Shown: positions 28,860 to 39,920, counted from the stretch's first letter. The stretch: 64,000 nucleotides of DNA from Promethearchaeota archaeon (GCA_048941265.1 JBHLNT010000008.1:10691-74690); one strand, 5' to 3'. Translations and numbers: made by a program. The notes: a model not told the origin generated them from the sequence alone.

Positions 28860-28961
28860 CCAAATCAAAAATTAGTAAGATCAGGAATTATAATAAAAAA
28901 AATTTAGAAAAAACCTAAAAAATAAAGTATGGATTAAAATAGTGCTAATTGAGATATTTAG

Positions 28962-29147
28962 TTATTCGTAGGCTAAAAGAAATACTTTATTTGCTAAATT
29001 AAACCTCTCCACTTCAATAGTACTTTTCAAATCTTTTTTATCTTTTTTTTCTAGAAGTGGAATTTTGATTACGATTTTTTGATCATCTAGCCAAATATTA
29101 TCGTAAAAAACTTTAAGAGTTTTATCAAAATTGAGGAACTTTTTCAA
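28962..29147 (-). CDS. Small hypothetical protein (paralog B)
   Basis: SD AGGTGA; shares KF..FDK....FYDN.WLD.QK.VIK.PL and E.FNL.N...LL.Y with paralog A. Confidence 0.75.
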   Translation of the reverse strand: MKKFLNFDKTLKVFYDNIWLDDQKIVIKIPLLEKKDKKDLKSTIEVERFNLANKVFLLAYE

Positions 29148-29191
29148 TTAAATCACCTTTTATATACTTGTTATTAAATTTTAAGAATAAT

Positions 29192-29404
29192 TTATGAACG
29201 ACTATCAATTATATTAGTAAGAAAATAGAGAGTTTGTTCTTTTTCTTTTTCTGTTGCTTTTCTTATGTGGGTTGACTTACAAATTCCGCAAAATCCTTGA
29301 TCTATGTGATTATAAGCACCACATTTATCACAAATATTTTTTAAATGTTTGTAGCTTTGCTTTCTAGCTCTTTCGCATTTTTTTAAAATACTCAAATAAA
29401 TCAT
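29192..29404 (-). CDS. Small Zn-ribbon protein
   Basis: CDKC-x9-CGIC. Confidence 0.65.
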   Translation of the reverse strand: MIYLSILKKCERARKQSYKHLKNICDKCGAYNHIDQGFCGICKSTHIRKATEKEKEQTLYFLTNIIDSRS

Positions 29405-29460
29405 CTCTTTTTTTGTCTTATAATATATTATAAAATATCAGAATAAAAGCGTAATCGACA

Positions 29461-29512
29461 TAATATAGAGAGAGATATAGAGAGATTTTAGAGATATATA
29501 GAATATAGAGAT
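29461..29512. repeat. Low-complexity (AT)ATAGAGA-type iterations
   Basis: About 5 degenerate copies seen directly. Confidence 0.6.
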
Positions 29513-29569
29513 GGCATTATTTTGAATTTCTCCTTATTAGAAAATATTAGAAAATAATATAAAATAATA

Positions 29570-30613
29570 TCAACCATTAAGAACAATCATTCTATCCCGA
29601 ATTTGGTCGCCCAATAAAATACGATAATATTTCTCTTTATCTTTAAACATAACTTTTTCTAATTTTCCTTCAACTAATACTTTTTCTCCTGTTATAGCGT
29701 GCTCACAAAATCTCCCTCGAAAAGAGCTAATCTTTTCAAGAGGGAATTCATCGCTATTGTTGAAAAGCGGATTACTAGTTAAGATCTTAACTGGATTTAT
29801 TTTATATTCACATGGTGTAAAAATAGAATCCGTGGAATCAGTAATCTCAGCTGTTAATTTCAATCTTCCGCAATCAGTATATTTAAAGTCATAAAAATTT
29901 CCTTTCCAGTCTTCAGGGTTTTTTATGTATCTAATGAAAAAATCAGTGTTGAAAAATTTTCCTTGATGGAGTTTTCTTTTCTCACTTCTCATGAAATCTT
30001 TAAAAGATAAACTCGAACCACCAGCCCGCCAATTGAAATGACGTTGAAATTCTTCTATGTTATACTTTCTGCAACTATTTGATTTTTCAAGAATATTTTC
30101 TAGCTTTTCCTGAAAAGCTAAACTTGTTTTTGTTCCATATATAATTAAGTCAATATCCGAATTTTCATTAGCTAGGCTAACCATAGGCGATCCTGTGATC
30201 CCAATTGCATTCTTGGGAATATTTCCTTTATTAATAAAGACTTCGCATAATTCTTTGCAATATTCTTCTAGTCTAGTCAAATTGACTTTTCTACATATTC
30301 GTTTGAAGTAATCTTTTGGGGAATACATTTTTTTTATATCCTTAATTTCAACTCCTTGTACTTCTAAATCGAGCTCTTCGGAAAAGAAAATGTATTTTGG
30401 AAATCTTTCTTTCAAAAAGGTGTACCGCTCTTTAATATTATAAATTTTCTTATACAGTATATTTTTTCTTACGCGGTCGCCCTCCTTATCGGGATAAAAT
30501 CTAATGAAACAGATTTTACGATCATTAGGATGCAATAGCCCCTTTACATCAAATATCAGGTTATCCTTTTTAGTTTCAATGTAATCTCCTTCAATACCAT
30601 AAAATGGGTCCAT
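29570..30613 (-). CDS. Archaeal Pol-beta-fold nucleotidyltransferase family protein
   Basis: IGITGS...SDIDLIIYG; N-terminal FDVKGLLHP; C-terminal SFRGRFCEHA..GE.V.VEGKLE. Confidence 0.85.
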   Translation of the reverse strand: MDPFYGIEGDYIETKKDNLIFDVKGLLHPNDRKICFIRFYPDKEGDRVRKNILYKKIYNIKERYTFLKERFPKYIFFSEELDLEVQGVEIKDIKKMYSPKDYFKRICRKVNLTRLEEYCKELCEVFINKGNIPKNAIGITGSPMVSLANENSDIDLIIYGTKTSLAFQEKLENILEKSNSCRKYNIEEFQRHFNWRAGGSSLSFKDFMRSEKRKLHQGKFFNTDFFIRYIKNPEDWKGNFYDFKYTDCGRLKLTAEITDSTDSIFTPCEYKINPVKILTSNPLFNNSDEFPLEKISSFRGRFCEHAITGEKVLVEGKLEKVMFKDKEKYYRILLGDQIRDRMIVLNG

Positions 30614-30651
30614 AGACTTTTCACATTAATTTATGAAGTATATACAGGCTT

Positions 30652-31266
30652 TCATTTTCTTGAATTTTTCTGCATGGTTCCAAAAACTAAAAAGTTGGTG
30701 ATATTTTCTATTAATTCTTGTTCATCCAATTCAAAGTCAGTACGCGTCCACCATCGAAAAATCTCAAGCAACGAAGATGTCCAAACTCTTGCGGTAACCT
30801 GAGCGTTCTGTATCCTTGTTGCCTTTAGATCCACGAGTTTTTGGATGATTTTCTCTACCTCTTTTGCGAACTTCTCTTGGTATTCATTTTTTTTGTTTTT
30901 AAATTCCTTATTTATACCCCCCATTTGTTCAATATATATAAGTGCAATTCTCCTCTTTTTTTTAAAAATTTTGAAGTAAGTGGTAATTAAATCTTTAACG
31001 AATGATATTGGAGGTATATCTATAACTTGTAATTTTTGCAATTCTTTTACCATTAAAGTATAAAATTGATCTATGACCACTTCGAAAATTTTTTCTTTAG
31101 AATCAAAATATCGATAAAAATTTCCTACTGAAGTACCTGCTTCCTCTGTGATATCTTTTACTCGTGTATTGTGATACCCTTTTTGTTCAAAAACTTTAAT
31201 TGCGCTGTCTATATATTTATTATATCTTCGTTCTTTTTTATTTGCAATAGTTCTTGAATTTGACAT
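30652..31266 (-). CDS. TetR/AcrR family regulator
   Basis: FEQKGYHNTRVKDITEEAGTSVGNFYRYFDSKE. Confidence 0.93.
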   Translation of the reverse strand: MSNSRTIANKKERRYNKYIDSAIKVFEQKGYHNTRVKDITEEAGTSVGNFYRYFDSKEKIFEVVIDQFYTLMVKELQKLQVIDIPPISFVKDLITTYFKIFKKKRRIALIYIEQMGGINKEFKNKKNEYQEKFAKEVEKIIQKLVDLKATRIQNAQVTARVWTSSLLEIFRWWTRTDFELDEQELIENITNFLVFGTMQKNSRK

Positions 31267-31298
31267 CTTATATTCTATGTTCTTTTAATCCAAGTTAA

Positions 31299-33302
31299 CT
31301 ATCCTATGATAAGGCTCTGATCATAGAAGTCGGTTATTCTATCTTCTATTACCAACACATCTGCGGTATTTGCGTATAATTTATCTATCCAAGGTTTTAA
31401 ATCTTCATAAATTTTATTACGTTTAAATTTATAGGTAGGAGTTAGATAATCCTCGTCAGCTTGAAAATCCTTACAACTAATTAGAACTTTCTTTGGAATC
31501 ATATAATCGGATACTTCTTCTAGCATTTCATTAATTTCTTGCTTGATAATATTTTGAATGTTCTCATTTTTAACTAAGTCTCCAAAATTTGTATAATTTA
31601 TCCCATTTTCATCAGCGAATTTTCTAAGGGGTTCCCAATAAGGACAAACAATACAAGTTAAAAATTTTCTAGAATCATCTCCAATTAAGATAATCTGAGC
31701 AATCTTTCTTGAAGCAGGAACAATTAAGTTCTCTACTGCTGCCGGACTAATCATTTTCCCCGTTTGCAGCTTTACTACTACTTTAGCGCGTCCTTTAATA
31801 CGCACATAGCCATTTTCATCGATCTCAGCTAAGTCTCCTGTATGAAGCCACCCCTCTTTGTCTAAAGCGATCTCAGTTAGTTTTGGCTTCTGCCAATAAC
31901 CCTTCATAACCATTGGTCCGCGAATTAATAATTCCCCATCAGGAGTAAGTTTTTGCTCCACTGGTTCATATGGATTATCTGAAATATCTATAGTAGGGCC
32001 TATTGAGCCAAGCTGAGTATACTCATCGATTTTTTTATCAATTTTAGGATGATAATCTGAATTATATGAAGTCCTAAGTAAATGAGTTACAGGTGAAGTT
32101 TCTGTCAAACCATACCCTTCAATGAGGTTAAATTTGAACATATTAAAGAAAACCAACAATTCCGGAGAAATTGCAGCCGATCCACTTATCATTAGTTTTA
32201 ACTTTCCTCCAAAATTTTTATTAAGCACCATTCGAACGACATTTCCTAAGAGAGTGAACTTGAGTCTTAATGCTAGGGGAGGTTTTTTACCTTCCATTTT
32301 ATATTCAGAATATTCTCTTCCCATTGCTTCTGTTTTATTAAAGATATTTTGAATCTTTTCTGGTTTTGTAGCCACAGTTTCAAGAACTATATTGTAGATT
32401 TTTTGGAACAAATAGGGAATCCCAACTATCATGGTTGGTTTAAACTCTAATAATGCTTTTCGAATCATCTCTGGATCCAATTTTTCAACAATACTCATTG
32501 TTGCACCAACGTAAAGGATACAATACTCATTTACACATCGCCCAAAGGAATGAGCTAGAGGTAATAGTGATAAAAAGTCCATTTCCCAAGGTTTTTCTCC
32601 TTTTCGTAGAGTTGCCGTAGAAGATATTGCAAGATATGCATCTGATAAGAAGTTTTTATGCGTTAACATAACACCCTTAGGGATTCCTGTAGTACCTGAC
32701 GTATAAATAAGACTTGCTAGGTCCCCTTCTTCGATATTGGAAACTGTCTCTAAAAATTTCTTTGGATTATCCTGATTATACAGTTTACCCTCACTGATTA
32801 ATTTAGAAAAAGATATGATATTTTCTTTTACTAATGCATTGTCAAATTCATCAATGACAATAATATATCTTAAATCAGGTAAATTATTTTCAATTACTAA
32901 AATTTTCTCAAGATTTTCTTGTTCATCTACTATAATAGCTTTCGCTCCTGAGTCTTTTAAAATATATTCTATTTCCTTAGGTTTTAAAGTAGGATAGATT
33001 GCAACATTACAGGCACCTAAAGATTGTATTCCTAAATCACTATAAATCCATTCAATTTGGGTATGACTACATAGCGCAATCATATCTTTTTTTTTAAGTC
33101 CTAAGGAAGTTAAACCGCCAAATACAGCGCGCATCATATTTCCTAAATCTTTATAAGTTATCGATTCTACAGTTTTACCATCCTCTCTAAACCAGCGAGC
33201 TGCGGTTCTTCTTCCATATTTTTTTATTGAATATAATACCATCTGAGCCAAATTTTCAAATTTCTTAATATTTAGATATTTATTCCATTTATTTTTAGTC
33301 AT
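31299..33302 (-). CDS. Long-chain fatty acid--CoA ligase
   Basis: YTSGTTGIPKG, LPLAH, EGYGLTE, WLHTGD, LTPTYKFKR. Confidence 0.93.
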   Translation of the reverse strand: MTKNKWNKYLNIKKFENLAQMVLYSIKKYGRRTAARWFREDGKTVESITYKDLGNMMRAVFGGLTSLGLKKKDMIALCSHTQIEWIYSDLGIQSLGACNVAIYPTLKPKEIEYILKDSGAKAIIVDEQENLEKILVIENNLPDLRYIIVIDEFDNALVKENIISFSKLISEGKLYNQDNPKKFLETVSNIEEGDLASLIYTSGTTGIPKGVMLTHKNFLSDAYLAISSTATLRKGEKPWEMDFLSLLPLAHSFGRCVNEYCILYVGATMSIVEKLDPEMIRKALLEFKPTMIVGIPYLFQKIYNIVLETVATKPEKIQNIFNKTEAMGREYSEYKMEGKKPPLALRLKFTLLGNVVRMVLNKNFGGKLKLMISGSAAISPELLVFFNMFKFNLIEGYGLTETSPVTHLLRTSYNSDYHPKIDKKIDEYTQLGSIGPTIDISDNPYEPVEQKLTPDGELLIRGPMVMKGYWQKPKLTEIALDKEGWLHTGDLAEIDENGYVRIKGRAKVVVKLQTGKMISPAAVENLIVPASRKIAQIILIGDDSRKFLTCIVCPYWEPLRKFADENGINYTNFGDLVKNENIQNIIKQEINEMLEEVSDYMIPKKVLISCKDFQADEDYLTPTYKFKRNKIYEDLKPWIDKLYANTADVLVIEDRITDFYDQSLIIG

Positions 33303-33322
33303 AATTTATTCCTCCATAATAA

Positions 33323-34039
33323 TTAAGGTTTTAATGCAAGATATGTACACCAAGCACAAAATATCATGCCAAGTCTTACAATATATAATATTCCGAATAC
33401 ACTTGCATTTATAAATGCGTCAAAAACAGCAACAACTACAAATAAAAAGAAAGTAATTGTGAAATATAAAAATCTTTTACGAATTTCACCTGTAGATTTG
33501 ATTGCCATATTGAGAGCACCGAATCCGTTAAAAATTAAAATGAATGTGAGAAAAATACTAATCAAGATAAATGAAGGAGACAAATAAATGAATTGAGAAT
33601 CAATTAAATCCCCTTTATTTTCAGTGAAAGTAAAAGTATTTTCCCGATCTAAAATAAGGATAATTGTAAATATTATTGCTAAAGGGATAAATAGCGAAAA
33701 TAAGATCTTTTTCTTTTCAGGTGCTAATAATTCAGAGCCAACATAAATTCCACATAAAAAACTTGGACCAACCCAAATATAAGAAAGTACACCATACATA
33801 CTTATATCAAAATAATAAGAAATATGATGACTTGTTATCAAAACTAATAAAAAATCTGTAGTTGGGCCAAGCCATAACAGTCCTGTAAAAAAACCCATTC
33901 CAGCTCCCCATTTCAATAATTTTGAATCTAATTTTACTGCTCTTATATAAAATCCTATTGCCAAAGAAACACATAAAATTACAACTAATAACGCAGTACA
34001 ACCATCAAGATATCCATTTAATCCAAGCAAATAGATCAC
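33323..34039 (-). CDS. 7-TM membrane protein of unknown function
   Basis: Seven hydrophobic segments. Confidence 0.75.
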   Translation of the reverse strand: MIYLLGLNGYLDGCTALLVVILCVSLAIGFYIRAVKLDSKLLKWGAGMGFFTGLLWLGPTTDFLLVLITSHHISYYFDISMYGVLSYIWVGPSFLCGIYVGSELLAPEKKKILFSLFIPLAIIFTIILILDRENTFTFTENKGDLIDSQFIYLSPSFILISIFLTFILIFNGFGALNMAIKSTGEIRKRFLYFTITFFLFVVVAVFDAFINASVFGILYIVRLGMIFCAWCTYLALKP

Positions 34040-34425
34040 AGTTTTCTATACTTTTTTGTAAAGAGTGAACCGCTATTCATTTTTTAATTTAAATATTTGT
34101 CTGTAATCTATTTAAATATTCCTCTTTAAGAAAACCATTTAAAAAATGCAATTTCAATTTCATAAGTAAAATACCTATTTTTTTTTAATCTTAAGAGTGA
34201 AAGACTATTTAGGCATAAAAAAAATTAAGCCCAAACTCCTCTATAATTTGGGATTATGGAAAAACATTATTTAACGATGAAAATTTCTCTTTACATGCTC
34301 CTGATATTCCATTTAAAGAGGAAGAACTTAATTTTTTAAAGATTTTTTAATGAACCAAATTTTGAGCAATTTTAATAACCTATGAAATCTAAAGTATAAT
34401 TATTAGTTCCTTAGATTTTCTATAT

Positions 34426-35376
34426 TTATTTATGAATATTTTTTCTTAAATCTCCCAAAGTAGTAGATAATTCAGCATATACATTATGGGGGTGAATAGA
34501 TTCATAACTTTCAATTTTGAAGTTTATTTTAAAATTATCATCCAAATTCGGGAATTCTCTTGCTATAAAATTTTTTGCCATTTCACGGACGACATCTTCA
34601 GAAAATAATGGTTTTAAATGGGCACTTCTAACTAATTCAGCTTCTTCTGGTCTTTTTAAAACAGATTGGATCCGTCCACTCATAGATTCCTCAATAATAT
34701 CTATGATATCCAAAACATCAACTTTATGGCTATTTAAATCTTTAATTTGTACGACAATAGTACCTTTTGATCTCTGATTATGGGATGAGAAAGGAAGTAT
34801 ATTTATCAATTTTTTCAAGTCTTCTTCAGATATATTAATATCTTTTCTTGATTTAATAACTTCTTCGGCATATTCTTGAGACATCTCTTTAGCACATGGA
34901 CAAACTGTGAGACCAACTGCACTTGCTCCTATGAAATAGTTAAAATCAATTTTTCCGGGTTCCTTCTTTTCCGCTAATACATAAGAGCTTATATCATAAG
35001 ATTTTTGAATAGTTCTTTGTTCGCTTTCTCGAACTTGAACTACAATCCTTCCTTTCAGTTTAACTTCTGCTTTAGTAGTGTATGGATGTTTTTCTAATAA
35101 ACCTTTTACGATCCTATCAGCAACTTTCTCAATCGTAGGTGTGGGTGTGAAGATCACTTCATTTATAATCTCTTCAATTGTTTCAGAAGTTCGTGACATA
35201 TGAATACCCCGTTGCTGAGCTGGTAGATTGATTAATGCTGAAATTTTCGGATAAAAAGAATATCTTTTATTTTCCTGAACAATTTCAACTTTTTTTTCCA
35301 AATCAATAATACCAACTTTATCAAGTGCTATATCTAATGACGAGTCAGAATTTTGTAAGTCCGATTTGAATGGCAT
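34426..35376 (-). CDS. mptA: GTP cyclohydrolase MptA (FolE2 family)
   Basis: LDKVGI, RGIHMSR, TVCPCA, SHNQR, LKRPEE, FSEDVVR, ESIHPHN. Confidence 0.93.
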   Translation of the reverse strand: MPFKSDLQNSDSSLDIALDKVGIIDLEKKVEIVQENKRYSFYPKISALINLPAQQRGIHMSRTSETIEEIINEVIFTPTPTIEKVADRIVKGLLEKHPYTTKAEVKLKGRIVVQVRESEQRTIQKSYDISSYVLAEKKEPGKIDFNYFIGASAVGLTVCPCAKEMSQEYAEEVIKSRKDINISEEDLKKLINILPFSSHNQRSKGTIVVQIKDLNSHKVDVLDIIDIIEESMSGRIQSVLKRPEEAELVRSAHLKPLFSEDVVREMAKNFIAREFPNLDDNFKINFKIESYESIHPHNVYAELSTTLGDLRKNIHK

Positions 35377-35490
35377 ATTTAATTAAGAAAAATTTTTTTT
35401 GCTCTAATTTTAAAAAAGATATACCAATTTTAATAATTAATATTCAAATTTATTTTTTTTTCATGCTTATCCCCAATATTTTTATAAAAT

Positions 35491-36659
35491 ATGACGAATA
35501 AGGAGATTGAAAGTCGATATGGACTCATTGGCGATGAATTAGACCTTAAAGAAAATGTATCTTTAATTATCAATGAAGATGGAAAAATTCTAAAAGTGCG
35601 ATATGACAACCCTAAAAAGAATATTGAAATTGGAACCGATAAACATAATTTATTAATGATGCCTGGTTTCATAAACTCCCATACCCATATTGTTGATAGT
35701 TTTGCTAAAGAAATGGGATTTAATAAAGATCTAATGGAAGTTGTTGCGCCTCCGAATGGATTGAAGCATAAATTATTAAAGAACACGTCAAGAGAAATAA
35801 AGTCAATCGGTATAAAAAATGCAATTTCAGAAATGCTGACAAATGGTATAACTTTTTTTGTTGATTTTCGAGAAAGAGATATTGAGGGTATTCAATTTTT
35901 AAAAGATTCATTGAAAGGTTTACCTTTAAATTATATAATTTTAGGACGCTTTACCGACGCCAAAGAAATCGAAGAGATTTTCAAAGAGGGCGATGGAATT
36001 GGTTTATCTAGCTATAATGATTTATCTATTTATATTAAAGAGAGGCTAAAGTATTTTAAAAATATATTCAAGAAACCAATTGCTTGTCATGATGCCGAAG
36101 TCGAAAGAGATAAAGCATTATTTGAGGAGATTATAAATGATGATTTAATAGATATTATTGTCCATGGAACTCATTACACAAAAGAAGATTTAGAATTAAT
36201 AAAAAATAAAAAATATCACTAATCTTGTGTCCAAGAAGTAATGGATATTTTGGAGTTGGATTTCCTCCCATAACAGAAATTATAAGATTACAGATTCCTA
36301 TAAGTTTAGGAACAGATAATATTATGATAAATAATACCGATTTATTTGAAGAATTACGCTACACATATCGAATTTTAAGAGTTTTAGGGAGAAATGATGA
36401 AAATGTTAAATTAGATTCAAAAGAATTGTTAAAAATGATAACAATTAATGCTGCGAGAAATTTTAATTTAGAAAAAAATAGGGGATCAATTTCACAGGGA
36501 AAAGTAGCAGATTTATTATTAATAGATTTAAATGATCCAAATTTCTATTCATTTAAAGTTGATTCTAATAATATATTCCCCTTAATAGTACAAAGAGCTA
36601 AATCTGAAAATATAAAAAGAGTTTATATAAGAGGAGAGCTTGTTTTTGAAAGAAGTTAA
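35491..36659 (+). pseudogene. Amidohydrolase/deaminase split by a frameshift at the A6 run 36208-36213
   Basis: First ORF has PGFINSHTH, CHDAE, VHGT; second continues CPRSN, LGTDN, TINAA, GKVADL. One extra A restores ...KKISLILCPRSN. Confidence 0.85.
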
Positions 36660-37314
36660 AAGGCCTTACATAATAATGAGTTCTGCAATGACCATAGATG
36701 GTAAGATTGCCTCAAAAACGGGAGATCCGGAATTATCAGACGAATTCGATTGGCAAGAAGTTCATAAATTAAGAACAAAAGTAGATGCTATTATGGTGGG
36801 AAAAGGAACTATTTTAAAAGACAATCCAAAACTTCATATTAAATACTTTAAACATAAGGGATATCAAAGAATTGTAGTTGACAGTACTTTGTCAATCCCA
36901 ATAGATTCAAATGTAATTACTTTTCAGCCACAAAGATATCCAACAATAATTTGTACAACTGAAAATGTAACCATGGATAAAATTAAAGAATTTGAATCAA
37001 GGAAGGTAAAAATAATAAAATCAGGAGCGGGTAAAAGGGTAGATGTGGTAAATATGTTATTATTTTTATCAAATATGGGAATAAAGTCAATTTTATTAGA
37101 AGGTGGGGGCAATTTAAATTGGAGTTTTATAAAACATAATTTAATTGATGAGATGAGGATAACTATTGCTCCTTGGATTGTAGGTGGGAAAAACGCGACT
37201 AGTTTAGTTGAGGGAATAGGTTTTGATAAGATGGAGCAAGGTAGAAAATTCAAATTAGTTAAAGTTTATAAAAGAGATAATTATGTGCATTTAATATATA
37301 AAAGGAGAACTTAA
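36640..37314 (+). CDS. arfC: 2,5-diamino-6-ribosylamino-4(3H)-pyrimidinone 5'-phosphate reductase (RibD C-terminal type)
   Basis: AMTIDGKIA, VHKLR, DAIMVG, DNPKL, LLEGGG, APWIVGG. Confidence 0.9.
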   Translation: MFLKEVKRPYIIMSSAMTIDGKIASKTGDPELSDEFDWQEVHKLRTKVDAIMVGKGTILKDNPKLHIKYFKHKGYQRIVVDSTLSIPIDSNVITFQPQRYPTIICTTENVTMDKIKEFESRKVKIIKSGAGKRVDVVNMLLFLSNMGIKSILLEGGGNLNWSFIKHNLIDEMRITIAPWIVGGKNATSLVEGIGFDKMEQGRKFKLVKVYKRDNYVHLIYKRRT

Positions 37315-38438
37315 TGGTTAATCCTGACAAACTAGAACATTTAAAAAATTTATCAATTAACGATTTAAAAGCAAAAATAAAAGAAATAAAAGCTCAATTA
37401 CCCCAAGAAAAGCGAAATGTAATAACTTATTCTAAGAATTTTACAATTTCTATATCAAATTATTGCCAGAATCAATGTGGATATTGTTTTTACAATTATA
37501 AAATTCCTAAAATCAATGGCAATGATAATATTATATTAATTAATAATGAAGATATTGTTGATTTAGTACGAAAAGCCATTCAATATAATTGTAAAGAAGC
37601 ATTATTAATGTCAGGAGAGAATCCTGAGAGCTTTCAAGAAGTCAAAACAGAGTTAGAAAATAGAGATTGCTATGATTTTACAGGATTTATTACTGATATT
37701 TGTACTTATCTATTAGATTTGAATCTTTTACCGCACACCAATTTAGGTGTTCTAACTTATGGCCAGTTAAAGCAATTAAAAAGATATACTGCTAGTATGG
37801 GATTAATGTTAGAAAGTACGAGTATGAAATTATTTGATAAGGGAGGAGTTCATGAATATTCTCCAGGAAAACAACCCGAAAAGAGAATCAGACATATTAA
37901 AGATGCTGGAAGGTTGAAAATTCCCTTCACAACAGGATTATTATTAGGAATAGGAGAATCGTTTGAAGATAGAATTAAAGATCTCTATTTAATTAAAGAT
38001 ATACATAATCAATTTGGGCATATACAAGAAGTTATCATTCAAAATTTTGTATATAAGGAGGGAATACCGTATCATCCGAAAAAACCTATAACTATAGAAG
38101 AAATAGTTAAAATTGCAGGGATTGCTAAAATTATATTTGAAAATGAGATTCATATTCAAGTTCCGCCAAACTTAATTGCTGGTTATGAAAAAGAGTTTCT
38201 TAATATAGGAATTGATGATTTTGGAGGAGTTTCGCCCTTAACAAAAGATTATATTAATCCCAATAAACCATGGCCTCAAATAGAATATTTAAAAAAAATA
38301 TGTGAAGTAAATGGTTACAAATTAAAAGAAAGATTTCCTATTTATGATAAATTTATCAATAAAACCAAATTTATATCAAATAAAGTTAAGAAAATAATTG
38401 ATAACATAATTATAAATGATAACAGAACAGATTTTTAA
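37314..38438 (+). CDS. cofG: FO synthase subunit CofG
   Basis: ITYSKN, CQNQCGYC, LPHTNLG, SMGLMLE, IPFTTGLLLGIGE, HIQEVIIQNF, QVPPNL, DFGGVSP. Confidence 0.95.
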   Translation: MVNPDKLEHLKNLSINDLKAKIKEIKAQLPQEKRNVITYSKNFTISISNYCQNQCGYCFYNYKIPKINGNDNIILINNEDIVDLVRKAIQYNCKEALLMSGENPESFQEVKTELENRDCYDFTGFITDICTYLLDLNLLPHTNLGVLTYGQLKQLKRYTASMGLMLESTSMKLFDKGGVHEYSPGKQPEKRIRHIKDAGRLKIPFTTGLLLGIGESFEDRIKDLYLIKDIHNQFGHIQEVIIQNFVYKEGIPYHPKKPITIEEIVKIAGIAKIIFENEIHIQVPPNLIAGYEKEFLNIGIDDFGGVSPLTKDYINPNKPWPQIEYLKKICEVNGYKLKERFPIYDKFINKTKFISNKVKKIIDNIIINDNRTDF

Positions 38439-39546
38439 TGGAATAAAACTTGAAATAAAGAAGATATTAAAGAAAGCGCTAAATTCAAAAGAGATCACAG
38501 CTGAAGAGGCATTAGAATTATTAAAAGTAACCGGTAAAGAGTTCTTGGCATTACAATATGCAGCAAATCAAATCTGTTTCGATAAGAAAGAAGATATCGT
38601 TACATTTGTAATAAATAGAAATATCAATTTTACGAATATCTGTTATCAAAAATGTAAATTTTGTTCCTTTAGCTTACCCAGAGAACATGAAGATGCTTTC
38701 TTGCTAACTATCGATGAGATAAGAAGTAGAGTTATAGAAGCTAAAGATGCTGGGTGTTCTGAAATATGTATTCAAGGGGGAATTAATCCCGAATTAACTT
38801 TTGACTACTATTTAGATATTTTGAAGGCTGTTAAGAATGTTGATTCACGTATTCATACTCATGCTTTTTCTCCTCAAGAAATATATTATATGTCAAAACT
38901 CCACGATGATTCAATAGAAAATACTTTAAAAGAGCTTAAGCACGCGGGTTTAGATTCGATACCTGGTACCGCTGCAGAAATTTTAGTCGATGAGGTTAGA
39001 AAAATTGTATGTCCAAATAAGATTAAGACTGACCAATGGATCGATATTATAACACTGGCTCATAAGATTGGAATTCCAACCACTTCAACCATAATGTATG
39101 GACATATTGAAGATATAAAAGATAGAATTGCACATTTAGAAGTTTTAAGAAATATTCAAAGAAAAACACATGGTTTTACCGAATTTGTTCCTTTACCATT
39201 TATCAAAGAAAATCCAGTTTTATCAAGATTAGAGAATAATCCCTTGAAACCAAGTTATGGAATGGCTGATTTAAAACTATTTTGTGTAGCGAGAATATTT
39301 TTTAATAATTATATTGATAATGTTCAATGCTCTTGGGTAAAATTAGGGCCAAAATTTGCTCAAGTTTCTTTGAACTATGGCGTAAACGATTTTTCGGGTA
39401 CACTAATGGAAGAAAACATTTCAAGAAGTGCCGGCGCTGAATATGGTCAATATTTATCCCCAAATGAAATGATTGAGATTATTAAAGCAGCTGGAAAACG
39501 TCCTGTTCAAAGGGATACGTTATATAATATTTTGGAATATTACTAA
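38416..39546 (+). CDS. cofH: FO synthase subunit CofH
   Basis: VINRNINFTNIC..CKFC, HAFSPQE, PGTAAEIL, TSTIMYGH, EFVPLPF, QCSWVKLG, GTLMEENISRSAG. Confidence 0.95.
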   Translation: MITEQIFNGIKLEIKKILKKALNSKEITAEEALELLKVTGKEFLALQYAANQICFDKKEDIVTFVINRNINFTNICYQKCKFCSFSLPREHEDAFLLTIDEIRSRVIEAKDAGCSEICIQGGINPELTFDYYLDILKAVKNVDSRIHTHAFSPQEIYYMSKLHDDSIENTLKELKHAGLDSIPGTAAEILVDEVRKIVCPNKIKTDQWIDIITLAHKIGIPTTSTIMYGHIEDIKDRIAHLEVLRNIQRKTHGFTEFVPLPFIKENPVLSRLENNPLKPSYGMADLKLFCVARIFFNNYIDNVQCSWVKLGPKFAQVSLNYGVNDFSGTLMEENISRSAGAEYGQYLSPNEMIEIIKAAGKRPVQRDTLYNILEYY

Positions 39547-39626
39547 ATAAAATCTTCACCATATCCATAGTTTTAATTTTTATAATTCGTTAAAATTTAC
39601 ATCAACAAAAAAAAGAGTTTGATTTT

Positions 39627-39920
39627 ATGACTATCACTATAATTGCTGCAATTAAAGTAAAAGAAGGTAAAATGGAAGAAGCAATACAAGTTTTAAAAGA
39701 AGTTGTGCCAAAAATTAAAGCATCCGAGCCCGGATGTTTAGAATATATCCCTCATACTGTAAAAGGGACCAAAGAAAAGAATACTATTTTGTTTTACGAA
39801 AAATATGCAGATGATAAGGCGCTAAAAGAACATATGGCAAATTTAGGAAAAAATATGGCAAAATTAGGACCACTTTTAGAACCAGGAATGGATATGAAAA
39901 CCTGTGTTGAAATCTTATAA
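39627..39920 (+). CDS. ABM-family (quinol monooxygenase-like) protein
   Basis: EPGCLEY...FYEKYAD..ALKEH. Confidence 0.88.
   Translation: MTITIIAAIKVKEGKMEEAIQVLKEVVPKIKASEPGCLEYIPHTVKGTKEKNTILFYEKYADDKALKEHMANLGKNMAKLGPLLEPGMDMKTCVEIL

Noticed and set aside
34197-34350. Possible frameshifted gene fragment (…SIIWDYGKTLFNDENFSLHAPDIPF…)
   Set aside because: Too short and no recognisable family; cannot be supported without a search
36201-36207. A-AAA-AAT slippery heptamer as a programmed -1 frameshift site
   Set aside because: A -1 slip there runs straight into TAA (36207-36209); only the second A run could join the frames
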